Of a stretch of DNA of 64,000 nucleotides, positions 28,596-39,953 are shown in pieces. The stretch comes from Penicillus capitatus (lineage: Eukaryota > Plantae > Chlorophyta). Made by a program: the position numbers and the translations under genes. Positions within the stretch are counted from its first letter, which is position 1. The number at the start of each line of letters is the position of its first letter. The stretch lies in NCBI GenBank assembly GCA_965649825.1, contig OZ287697.1, positions 645,635 through 709,634 on the forward strand. The letters run 5' to 3'. The notes beneath the pieces are model-generated. The model was given only the letters and a program-made list of their open reading frames with translations, did not search any database and was not told where the DNA came from.

Positions 28596-29829
28596 ATGCA
28601 GACGGCTCGGGTTTTCGTGAGGGAATCGGATTTTGGCCATCCTCGACATCGACTGGAGCAAATGATCCTGCGACATCCTTTTAACTCGCGGCTGCAGATC
28701 ATTGAGCCGTTTGCGGACAGGAATGATGGAATGGAGGACATCATGGAAAAGACGCCGTGCTTTGCCATCGTGCGCTTTCGTTTGGCGGCGCTGCTGTCTG
28801 CAGAATTCCGCGAGAGATGGATCGAAGATTCCTCTGCTGAACTGTATGGCATTTCTGTCGGGAGATCGGCAGATGTGGCCGATGTCTTGTGTCTCTGTCA
28901 CAAAGTACTGCGCCTTGATGTGACGGACGAAACATACAGATCTCTGGGATTAACAGGCAGACGGAACACACAAAGAAAAGGCAACCGCAGTGAACATTCT
29001 GATGTGACGTGTGCCATCTTCTTCGCTGCAGATCGTTACGTCATTGATCTCAAACTCAACAGTCAGCACTTCCGTCCCGGCCATCGCCATTTCGATCGCG
29101 TTCCGACAAGATCACCGCCTCAGAATTCTTCCAATGTTTCGAGTTTAGGTCAAGAAATGCTTTGAAAAGAGTGAGAAATGTGTAACCATGTGGATGGTGG
29201 GTATGAAGGATGGTCACATCGTCGACCTTGTAGGATTGGAGGGTGAGATTCAACGAGAACACGTGTCGTACCATACCGCTCTTCTGCATCCCCTCTATCG
29301 ACCTCACTTCCCGCAACGGTCGTCAGCCAACGATACCTTCTGGTCGCATCCGACAACACTCCGCAGCATCTTGGACTGGTTGGGTGCCATGACGCTGTCC
29401 ATCGAAGGTTCTCCCCTGCTAATGACAGTGTATGTGTGTTCAACGATGGATGACTGCTACATGAATCTAGATTATCCATTACCAGATGTCCAACAGAGCT
29501 CAGTTTATCGGACACTCAGGATACATCAATGGGGCGGATTGTTGTGCCCTTATTCGATCTCGGTATGCCTCAAGCAATGTCAGTCCATTATACACCATCA
29601 GAAAACCCCATGGATCGCGATCTGTGTGCACGGCTTCATTGACACGCCCTTGAGCTTCATGCCAGCTTCGTCCGATCCTTCGTCTGCTTTTGATGCACTT
29701 ATCTCTTGTGATCATGCGGTTGTCGATGACATGAGTGGAGAGAATGATTATGTCATTCTGCTGCTTCCAGGGGGTCAGTTCTGTCTGTTCGTAGCGACTG
29801 GGAATGGAGAGAGCTTTGGCTCTCTCTAG
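28596..29829 (+). CDS. RPP40: RNase P/MRP subunit RPP40-like
   Basis: LRLDVTDETYRSLGLTG, PWIAICVHGFIDTPLSF and GENDYVILL match the Ribonuc_P_40 pattern. Confidence 0.75.
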
Positions 29830-30332
29830 ATGTAACAAAGGTTCTGTGTTACAGAGAAATAGATAGGGCTGTGTTCTTCTGTAGTTAACGCGTAACGAAT
29901 GGCAGACCATCCTTTTTCGTTAACCCGATCTCCATTTGTTTTATTAGTGCTGTCAAACCCATCACCAGATCTTGTCAACTCAAAGAATTGTAAGAACTTG
30001 ACACCAAAGCAGGTTCATTAGAAGACAACACAACCTGAAGCCCATTCAACTAGTGGAATAAAAGTGAGACACTACAGCTTGACAGAGACACAGGTGCCTC
30101 CACTAGGGTGCAGGAAAGAACAGCACATTTAATAATCAATCTCCCCTAGCAAAGTGCGATTATTAGCAGGATTCATGCATGTTTAGACTTCACGCCCTTT
30201 CTAAGAATTGAACCTGAATCAAATCTCTTTAGTTAGGCAAAAAGGAAAGAACAGCAGCTGGTATGGCATGACCGGTGTCCAAATCAACGAGTTTGTGCAG
30301 AAAAACAGCGTTGTTTGCATAGATCACGAAAT

Positions 30333-32090
30333 CTATCTTTGTTGCATTGAGTTAGATCGTACAGGGTGATGGGTCGATGTGCTCTTCACAGAACCGCTCT
30401 TCGATGTGGAATATGAAGAATGCAGACGCTCAGAGACTGTCATACCACGGACAGCATAACCTAGATTGTCAATGCTTTTGGCACGATCATGTGCTGCCTT
30501 GCCATCGTCGATTGAATGCCGGGACGTGAATCTCGCAGCCTCTGTTTGATACTCCTGGACCCGTTCTCGGGGAATCGATCCTCCGGGGTGCAGAGGTCGA
30601 GCAGATCCGACTGGAAGAGCAGGGTGTCCATCCAGATGACCAAACTGCCATTTAAATGTATCCAGTGGACTCGGATACACAGATCGCGGAGGCGGTGCTC
30701 GCGAAGCCATGTACTCATTCATCGCTGCAGGATGGTACTCTAAAATCTCCCTAAACGCCATCTCTCCTCAAAATCATGCAAAGAGAGGCAGGCTACCGAA
30801 ACAGACCTGTAAATCAGTTCGCGCACTTCGTCGACAGACAGCTTCCGGCGTTCAAAGTCAAATGCAAGTTTGCTAATAGGGGTGGATGTGGGCTCTCTGG
30901 CAGGAGATGCGAGTCCAGTGAAATAAGGATCGGCCAATGCCTCTTCTGCTGTGGGTCGCGCGGCTGGGTCAAATTCGAGCATCTTCTTCAATAAACGTAA
31001 GGCGCCGCGATCGGCTCTTGGAAACGTTTGCTCAAAGAGAACTCCATTTTTATGACGCATTTGATTCAGAAAACGTCGAGCTTTTTCGTTCTTGACCTAA
31101 AACAAGGCACATTGCCTGTCAGATGCGTCTGTCTTGTCACCATGCGATGGATGTACTTTAGCAATGACTTCTGGTGGTGGTGTGCCTAGTTGATCTGTGA
31201 TGAGTTCCAGCTGATGTACCACATTTCTTCCTGGGAAAAGTGGTTTCCCCAACAGCACTTCAGCGAAGATGCATCCCACGCTCCAGATGTCAATGGCAGA
31301 TGAATACTTTGCAAAAAACGAACCACAAAGCTCCGGGGCACGATACCAACGCGTCGCCACATAGTCTGTCCAATAGATCGTAGATGGCATGTCTTGCAAA
31401 GATGGGCGTGCCAATCCAAAGTCGCAGATCTTCAACTTGCAATCTGAGTTTGCAAGGATGTTCTTGGGTTTTAAATCTCTATGATAGACGCGAGCCGAGT
31501 GAATGTACTTCAAACCACGCAACATCTGGTAGAGAAAGAACTGATGATGCTCGGGAGTCAAATCATCATTGGCTTTTATCACCTACACACAGCAAGACAC
31601 CCATAACATGCATCCATCTCTGTCATGGGTAGGGGATCCCGCCCTCGTTCACGCACTTGATGCAAATCTGTCTCCATCAATTCAAAGACGACATAGATAT
31701 CTTTAAAATCACGAGGATTCGGTGGCAGCATGATGTGCTTGATCTCCACAATATCTGCATCGTGTTGTTGCATGGAGAGGGTATGCGTGCATGGACTGGA
31801 ATCTACCGCTGTGTTTGAGCATTCTGAGAAGCTTGATTTCGCGCAAGATTCGCGTAGCGTCCGATACGTGGTCGAAAACATTCGTGATCTTTTTGATGGC
31901 GACTTTGATGCCTGTACAACACAAGAACGTCCCACCGAGGCGATGGAAGTTGGTCGTTACCGGTGACGGTGTCGAGCGCGGAGCAGACGACTCCGTAGCT
32001 GCCCTTGCCTATTATCTCTTTTATGACGTAGCGACTGGCTTCGCCGTACTCGGCGAAGAAGTCACTCGTGTCAACAGCTGACCGCGACAT
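30333..32090 (-). CDS. Plant group D (TDY) MAP kinase
   Basis: [54 protein letters not shown], plus a C-terminal extension. Confidence 0.96.
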
Positions 32091-34451
32091 GTATTTCTAA
32101 AAAACAAAAGATAAAGCGTCAGTGGCGGTCAACGCTTCCTTGCCGACGTGCCTCGCGTCTAACACAACGCCTCAGAACACAGGAACGGTTCAATGCAGCG
32201 GTGCGCAGTTTTCAGACAAAAACGCAGGGTCGCGCGAATGAAGGGCAGAAATGAAAATGAACGAAGACGACGACCTTTGGATTGAATCCTTTTTGCTGTG
32301 GATGAGTTTTTCGGTTGGATGCTTTGATGTCTGCCAGTGCTCCTGCATTCGGGTCTGCGGCTTTGCGCATTTCAGAGTGACAGCTCGATTTCGAGCGTGG
32401 CAAACAAGAAATGCACGAGACCACGGGTTTGGCGGAATGGACGCTTTCATCGCTCTGTGAATTTTCGGTCGTCGTCGCCCGTTTATACCACGACCGAAAT
32501 CGTTCCATGGCTCTCATGTCCAAACTTGGCCAAGCTTCAAAACTGCTTCGAAAAATTAAGCAAAATTCGATCCACAACTGGGAGCTCGCTTCGTCGAATG
32601 GAAAATCGAAGTTTGACGTTTGAGGGGGATGCGCGCTGCGTGCGTTGCCGGAGCCGTTCGCAAGAACTCCGCACGGAACTAGGACTGCCGAAGGACTACG
32701 CGATGTAGAATAGAAAGAATGCAAAGTCTACTGCAGTTTACTGGAAGAAACGATGTAAGTCCCTGCATACATTCGTAACGGTTATTTGCTTTAATGGCAT
32801 ATTCTATCTCATTAAGCTCAACGGACGGACGAGCGCAAGAAGCAACAAGCTTCGGTCAAATGGACCCAACCCACACAGTTGCGGATCCAAGGATTTGAGA
32901 AGTAACGTGAGTGGACTCTTCATGATTCTGCGGTTGACTGATTATCAACCGCACCATCTCTCGTTGTATCATTGCCATTTGGCATGTCCGCCAGACACTG
33001 TCCATCATCTTGTGCTCTGTCTGCATGATGGACGGACGTATCATCCATGGAACGAGATCCGATTCTCTCATGAGCAAATTCAATCTCGTTCAGTTGATAT
33101 GGGAATGATATCGGTAGGCGTGTGGCAATGTGCTTGCAGATTCTATTGGAAGAGAGCGAGGAACGAAGTGACAGTGTTACAGAACCGACTGAGGGTAGAA
33201 ATCAGATCATGGCTCGCTTTCATTGACGGATCGCTTTCGAGCTGAATGGCAAAACGCAGGACAGATAGTGAAATTCGCGAGTAATTCATGAAGAAAAAAC
33301 GGTCGCAGCCGCAAAAGACGTCTCAGGGTATCACTTTATTCTTCGTTGGCGGACATACAATGAACGAATAAGAACCGCGCAAACCGTCCGATGCTGAATT
33401 TTCTCGGTGGTTTCCACCAGCCAGGCGACAAAACCTGTCGAAGTGCCAACCTACGTAATGCCGTGTTTTTGTAATGCCGCAACGCGGAAGACACGTATAC
33501 AAGTGAAGGCATTGGGGCCAAAGGGTGAACAGTCCTCTCCTCATACTACACATCTCATCGCGCAAAGAACGGTCGGCAGTGTCCGGTCTAGAAGTGGTGC
33601 CGTTAGGCCGATGCGCAATGTCTATCGCCACAGTTGCCTGGCCGCGGCTTCGACGAAACGCGCGGCCTTTTCGAACAGCGCAAGATGCCGCGGCACCATC
33701 TTTACCGTTTGCCGTCACAGCATCCAAACGATACCTTACATTGTCTGAACGCTCTCTTAGCGCCGTATACATGTCGCTATCTGTGTGCAGGCTGTGAAGC
33801 AGAGTGTGGGGTGTTGTATTGCCTATGAATTCTTGATAGTGGCCAGAGAAGAAGGTCTATTTGCTATTGCAGATCATGAATGAAGGAAACAGTCGTGACA
33901 GGTGTTCAATGCCACGCATTACTTTCTGTTACGAATGCCTTCACCGGATGTGCGTGTCAGCCAACGTCCATGGCGGCAACAGCATCTCCTGCACGACAAG
34001 GCCTTCAAAGCAATCCTCCTGGTTCACATGCCACATCGAGCACCGTCTCTCGCGGGACGAATGCCGAACATGGCATGTCAATGAAATCATCTTCTCTCCA
34101 GATATGTGGCCAACATTCGAGCCCCTTCTTCGTTCAGATTTCACGATTTTTGATTCTTATGAATGGAAACATCGCAATGAGCCGTCCTTTTCATTCACTA
34201 TACACGCCTGCTGGGGTTTCCGAAGTCGCCAAGTGAGCGAAAACATGGTCCAGGTAGGTCAGTGTTCTCTTTAATGGAATGCACCACGTCCTCACAAAGA
34301 TGAAAATCATCCACGACTGAGCGTTTGGTCTGCACTTGTGACCATTCGACAAAGAACACAAGCTTACATGACTCAACCAGATTGTTTCGTTAGTGAAAAA
34401 GGTATTATTTGACTAGTATCTTTGGGTTTGGAAGAGAGTAAGGAATAGTGT

Positions 34452-35083
34452 TCATCCATCGACTTTGGGTCTTTTGAATGCCTCGGATCGAAGAAGTCTC
34501 TTCTCCACATCGTTCGTCTTTTTAACTGTGATGCCATACCGCGCCAGCATTCCCACGGCGATCGATATAAACGGCGTAGCATAGTTCAACAGAGGCTTGA
34601 GATCTTCCGGAATGTCCACCCGGTCTTTGCCTTTCTGCAGGGCTAGTGCACTCGCCAGTCCTGCCATAATTGCCGCACCATGTTTCGATACGAAACCACG
34701 AGCACTATTGAATGCAGCGAGTTTCAGAACCTTCACCACTGTTGACGGCGACATGGCTTTCGTAGAGAGGCAGATACCTGACGATAGAAGAGCGAGAACT
34801 CATGTTCGTCAAGCGTATCGTTGTTATCCACGTCAACGCTCTTCAGCAGGTCCTGGATTTTCGAAAGCGACGGCTTGTCGACTTTGATGTTTGCTGCGTT
34901 AAGAGCATCGTCGAGATCCAGAAAGATCGCATCCACTTTCGTCAGGACTTCGGATAACGAAAGCCGTCCGTCGTCGTTTTTGTCGGCCTCGACGAATAGA
35001 CGGTCACACGCCGCTTGAAACGCGTCATTCTCTTCGATGAACTGGTCAATGTTCCTCTCGATCCGTTCCAGCACGCTGGACAT
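34452..35083 (-). CDS. Two-EF-hand protein with C-terminal hydrophobic segments
   Basis: DKNDDGRLSLSE and DVDNNDTLDEHE loops. The second exon has two short apolar stretches. Confidence 0.75.
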
Positions 35084-35431
35084 TGAGGCAAAGAGCAACC
35101 AAAGAATTGGATTTTCAATAGGCGCAGCCGGCGGCGAACGTACCAACAACAAAAAGCGGATGACGATAATGATGCATGACGGGCGCAGTAATAGCATCAG
35201 GTTTGCTTAAAAACTCATGTGTCCCGTCAGAGTCTGCATTCCGCCACGATGTCAGACAAAAAGGAACAAAAGACACTGTACATGTGGCTTGTCAGGTGCA
35301 GTACGCGTCATGCGATAACTTCGAAGCTTCATCATTATCTTCACAATCAAATAATAAGATCGATGCGATAGCCATCACTTCCCGCATTCTTAACTTACAG
35401 ACCCTTTTCCCATGGCCACAGCAAATTGATT

Positions 35432-37166
35432 TCAAGCAGCCGCTGTTTCAGCTGACGCTTCTCCCTCGGGTTCGGATTCCTCTGGATTTTCTTTTTCTTC
35501 TGAGGTGGTGTCTTTAGATGGTGCCGTTTCTCTTCCACTGTTTGAAACAGCTGCAGACTCCTCTGTTGCCACTTTTTTAAAGTAGTCCGTAAAGTTCGGC
35601 AACGGACGGGTGGACACGACTCCCATCTTTTTGTAGTATTCATAAATATCGACAGGATACGCATCTCTGAAACTGGCACGCGTTCGGCTGTTGATGGTGG
35701 GTCCATGTGCTTTCTCCACATCACTCGCCACTTTGAGAAGTTCCTTCACGACGGGTTGCAATTCTTTGATGCTGTATTGCGTATGCTCTTCCAAGGCTTG
35801 GGGATATTTTACACGCGTCGGTGGAGTACTGGTTGTCTCTGTGGGCAGCGGATCGTCATCCGGATAGGGATACTTGTTGTAAGCAATGAAGGCAGCTGCA
35901 GCAGCAATCTTTGAGTAATAATGCCCTGTCAATGGGAAATGCGCCACGCCTAGTGCGCAAAGATATCGGGCAGTATGTACAGCTGATAGATGAACCTCCA
36001 GATCCACGGCCTGCAAGTACCTACATCGATGACACATGATCCATAACTCTTTTCTCCATACAACGGGCACAGACCTGTGGACAAAAGAAGTCGTCGTGGG
36101 ACCCATTAAAATATGTGTGGTTTCTTCAAAAAGCGGTTCCAAACGTAGTGTGGCCTCCTCTCCCACCTCCGTTCCAAGAGGCGTAGATCTGAAAAGTGTG
36201 TCAAGATACACAGGCTCCACATCTTCGTACTTCGATGCTAAGAAGAGAGCAGTTGAGAACATCTACAGATGCACAGATTTTCTCTTCCCCGACGATCATG
36301 CACTCCGAGACTGTCTCACATTGGCAATGGGGACCATCCCATCTCCTTCATAACGTTCAAGGAAGCGATCGACGAGATAAATTGCCAAGTGGATGGTATC
36401 TGTCGCCACCTAAAGGAGCCATTCCACATCGTAGGCGGTGGAACAGACGAGTAGAGGTCGCTGACTTGGTATTGCTTGCGACCTTCGTGGTAAACGTTCA
36501 TGTGAAAGAGAGAGTTGATGTAACGCATTCGAAGCTCCTTCAGATTTTTGTAGCGCTGCGAAATGGAAGGTCGGTTATGACGGTTGGTTGAGGATCACAA
36601 AGGTATACCTTTGCGGGCTGCAACACGTCGTTTGTCCCGGGAAGGACGAGGCGTTCGTAGTGGCGCAAGAATTCGAAAATCTGTGGCGCCAGCTGTGATG
36701 CGTATTGCGGATCGTCCGCGTGCTTCTGATCAATATCCGTCGGAGCCGAAGGCTTATCCTCTTGGCGTTCCCCGTAGTCGAACTCGGTTCGCTCGGCAGC
36801 GGTTTGCTTCTTTGCTGCTGGAGCTAAAGGTGAACGATCCTTTCCGGTCCCAGTCGAGTTCTATAGACACGAGGGTTTTGCGGTGTGTTGGTTTGTTCGG
36901 TTCTTGCCGTCGAAGTAGCGTTTTGGTAGGTGCGCTTATTTCCGCGGCCCCGTGGAGGTCTAAAGAAGTCAGCGGTCAGTCAAGAACGGCGCTGTGGAGC
37001 CTTGGGCTTAAGAAGAGAGGACATACACGGAAGGACGGTTTCGCTCTGTACGCTCAAATGCCCCGTGCGACGTCGTCTCTTGGGGATCGACGCTCTGGGC
37101 TTCGACAGCAACTTCAGCCGCCTGTTGCGTGACTGCATTCTTAGACGCGTTTGTGTTCGTCGACAT
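35432..37166 (-). CDS. Divergent A/B-type cyclin
   Basis: DIDQKHADDPQYASQLAPQIFEFLRHYE, DTIHLAIYLVDRFL, ALFLASKYED, LEEHTQYSIKELQP. The cyclin-box MRAILVDW position reads LRMRYINSL. Confidence 0.85.
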
Positions 37167-37295
37167 TTTGTGCTGACGCGGAATGCAAAACGAACAAACA
37201 AACAACAAAAGAAGAACGAATGAACGCCGAAACACACGACAGAGTTGACCGCTTGGTGTTTACATTTGTAAACGCGTTTCATGAGAAAGTCACTG

Positions 37296-37845
37296 TCATG
37301 AATCATTCCGCTGACCCAGCGCGGTCAAGGCACCTGCGTTCGTCTGGGCATCCGGTCGGTACACACGAAAAGAGCCATAACCAACTAGGGCATTGTAGCC
37401 GATAGGCATGCATGTGGATAGCTGATTGCCAAGAGAAGCATTACGGACACCGTGCACGACTTGAATGGGATCAATCAGCCTTGGGAGGTGTAGAGTCAGC
37501 GGCTTTAGCCATGAGCCTTTCAGAATCTTCTTTTGTGAGACAGCCGGCGAACACGTGTGCTTCCTCTTTACAGTACTTAAGGGTCATCTGCCGAACGAAC
37601 CCGGTGTCGCAACAAGTTATGAGCAGTATACACTTCCGGACAACGTGCCATGGTACACTCGGAAAAACCGCTGCAATACGAACGTCGTCAGAATAACGCA
37701 CAACGTAAACAGAAGATACATGAAACACGTTGTGTCTCGCGTTCTTGTCGAACAAACACGCCCGACCTAACGCAAACGGTCTTACGGCCGGAGATCGAGC
37801 TGAGTATCGTTATCCCCCACTTCTGTACCGTGATGGTGACGGCGT
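37296..37845 (-). pseudogene. Internally deleted, frameshifted copy of the SDR gene at 42585-43553
   Basis: 37508-37845 aligns closely with 43312-43650. TGCDTGFG has become TCCDTGFV, with a frameshift just upstream. The core (about 42755-43305) is absent, and the remaining 3' part reads DPIQVVHGVRNA..IGYNAL. Confidence 0.9.
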
Positions 37846-37857
37846 GTCTTTGGAAGA

Positions 37858-39015
37858 CAAAGGGTTCGCGACCTCGAGAAACCAGAGTGCGGCCCGTCCT
37901 GCGGACCTGACCGGCGTGAAGCGACGTTTGACCCACTTCTGGCCGACGTCAGACTGTCGTGGACGGAATGGAGCGTTCTGATTGGCCGAGAGCAGTTCGA
38001 ATTGTTCCAGACGTCACCTCGGCTGCAAAACGGATATAAAATGCGCGACGCCGTACCCATTTCCACATTTCCTGTTTTGTCTTACTCTGCGCAGGTTTCC
38101 GAAGCGCATGCTTCAGGTACGGTCCGCCTGCATTATCGACGCTGAGCTGACTCGGCGTCGTAAACGCGCAGTTCTTTTCCGCAGGTGCGCGCCGAAGGAC
38201 AGGCCCCCCGAAGACTCCAACACTCAAAGGTTCGTCCGTTCGCGTTCTCTTGTGTGTCTGCCCACCTAGGTAAGGCCGCGACCACGTGGAATTTCTGCGG
38301 CGTCGACCGATGCCGCGTCGAGCGGCTTCGGCCCCTCGGCCGCGGCTAAAGCGGCGCTCGACGCGGCATCTGTCGATCGACACCGCGTCGAGCGGTCTAT
38401 GCCTCTCGGCCGCGGCTAAAGCGGCGCTCGACGCGGTGGCGATCAACGCCATCTCTCCTCTTACCCAGGTCTCTCGAAACCGGCTCCGGTTTCGAGATGC
38501 ACCTAATTTTTGTCTGCGGTCTATCCGCCAGATGGGCGCCGCGTGGCTGCACAGATCCTGTTCGGCCGCGCGACGCCCATCTGGGTGATACTCCAGGGCA
38601 AAAATCTTCTCTATTGGTTACCGACTTGTCTTTCTTTGCAGCCGATCCTTACAGAGTGCAATAGGTTAGCTACCACATCGCTTCCGGCTGTCTCCTGTAT
38701 AACATTCGCTCGTGGCAGCTGCAATACAGGAATGATCCCGCGAAGATATTCGCATCCTTCAGTGCCACAATCTGTGGACCGTATGAAGGCCGAGAGGCCT
38801 CGTCACCTTGCGGTTGTTCAGTGCTGTAAAGACCTGTCTCCTTCCGTGTGAAGACGACTGAGCAGTGATCCTGCCCAAGAAGAAGAGGTGATGGTCTAGG
38901 ATACTATTCTCTGTTAAGAGGGCAATGACAGGCGTGCCGTCGTTTCCACTTTACACAACTTCTGGCGAAACGGCATGGTTTTTAATCGCTGACAGCTGCA
39001 TCATCTAAGTTCTGT
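37858..39015 (+). repeat. Copy 1 of a 1.16-kb direct repeat rich in hairpins
   Basis: Colinear by eye with 44698-45856 (offset about 6840), with scattered substitutions and 1-nt indels. Confidence 0.95.
38303..38438. repeat. Tandem pair (70-bp period) of GC-rich inverted-repeat units
   Basis: ccgcgtcgagcg..cgctcgacgcgg occurs at 38313 and 38383. Stems are 38303-38324/38355-38376 and 38381-38394/38425-38438. Confidence 0.9.
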
Positions 39016-39953
39016 TCTGAGATTGCAACAATAAGAGAACAGCTTGTTTCAAGTGTTTTGTGAATAACTTCTGATAACAAACAAGAAACGATGATCGATA
39101 AATGCGATAAGTCGTTGTCGCATTGTGTGTTTGCGCGGTTTGGACAAAGAGTAAAGAGCGCGATGTGATGGAAAGTGCCGTCTTGTTTGGAAAACGTGAG
39201 GGTAAGCTCTACTCTGCAAGATTGCGAAATGTACGTGTATCGCAGAATATCCTTAACGTGGTAGAGGAGCAAGTACAACAAAACCTGTTGGACTGCCGTT
39301 GATAAAATTCCAAAAAAGAAAGACGACTATCCGCAATGTTTCAGCAGATAGTAGCCACCGTCAAAGAGTCTAACAACAAACCGACGGAAATGACAATGCC
39401 GTGAGCAGTAATAACATCTATTCTAGAAATTCACTCGCCGCCTCACGTTCAACGGTCGCTGTGGCGTTTGCAAAGCTCTATGGCAACTTCCTAATCAAGT
39501 GGCGTAAAGTCCGTACTAACTTCTTAATGGCAATACAAAGTGCCAAGTGCATTGCGGCCTTGTCAACTTCCAACTGAAGTTCTTAACGGCACGTGAAGTA
39601 TCAAGTGAAGTTCCTACCGAGTTCCTAGCGCCACTTCCATTTATGAATATTTGAACGGTCCCAATTCTTGTATGGACACATTGGCTTTAAACATCTATTG
39701 CGACGCATGTTACACCGAGTGTCCATTTGGCGACGTAATGGGGACCGTCATTCTAGCCTTTCACAGTCGGAACATACAAAAAATAGTAGAGTTTTGGGAT
39801 TATGTTTAGGACAACAGATACATGTTTTGTCACAACGGGATTGGTTTTTAAAGGGATTTTGTGTTTTCAAGACCGCTCGTTTAAGTACGGAGAGTGTTAT
39901 ATTACGTATTTGCCTGTAGAAGAGCAACCCTCACTGGCTTAGGTATTTCTAGC

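Noticed and set aside
29830-30330. AT-rich tract examined for snRNA, snoRNA or tRNA
   Set aside because: No recognisable boxes or cloverleaf. It is most likely the convergent 3' UTRs of RPP40 and MAPK.
37949-38452. 167-aa and 193-aa (44706-45287) minus-strand Arg/Ala-rich ORFs in the repeat
   Set aside because: Products of GC-rich palindromic DNA. Their ends differ between copies and no domain is present.
37858-39015. CRISPR array, or an autonomous transposon/Helitron, as the identity of the repeat
   Set aside because: Eukaryotic context, only two tandem units with no unique spacers, and no cas, transposase or Rep/helicase. No TIR, TSD or CTRR end was found.
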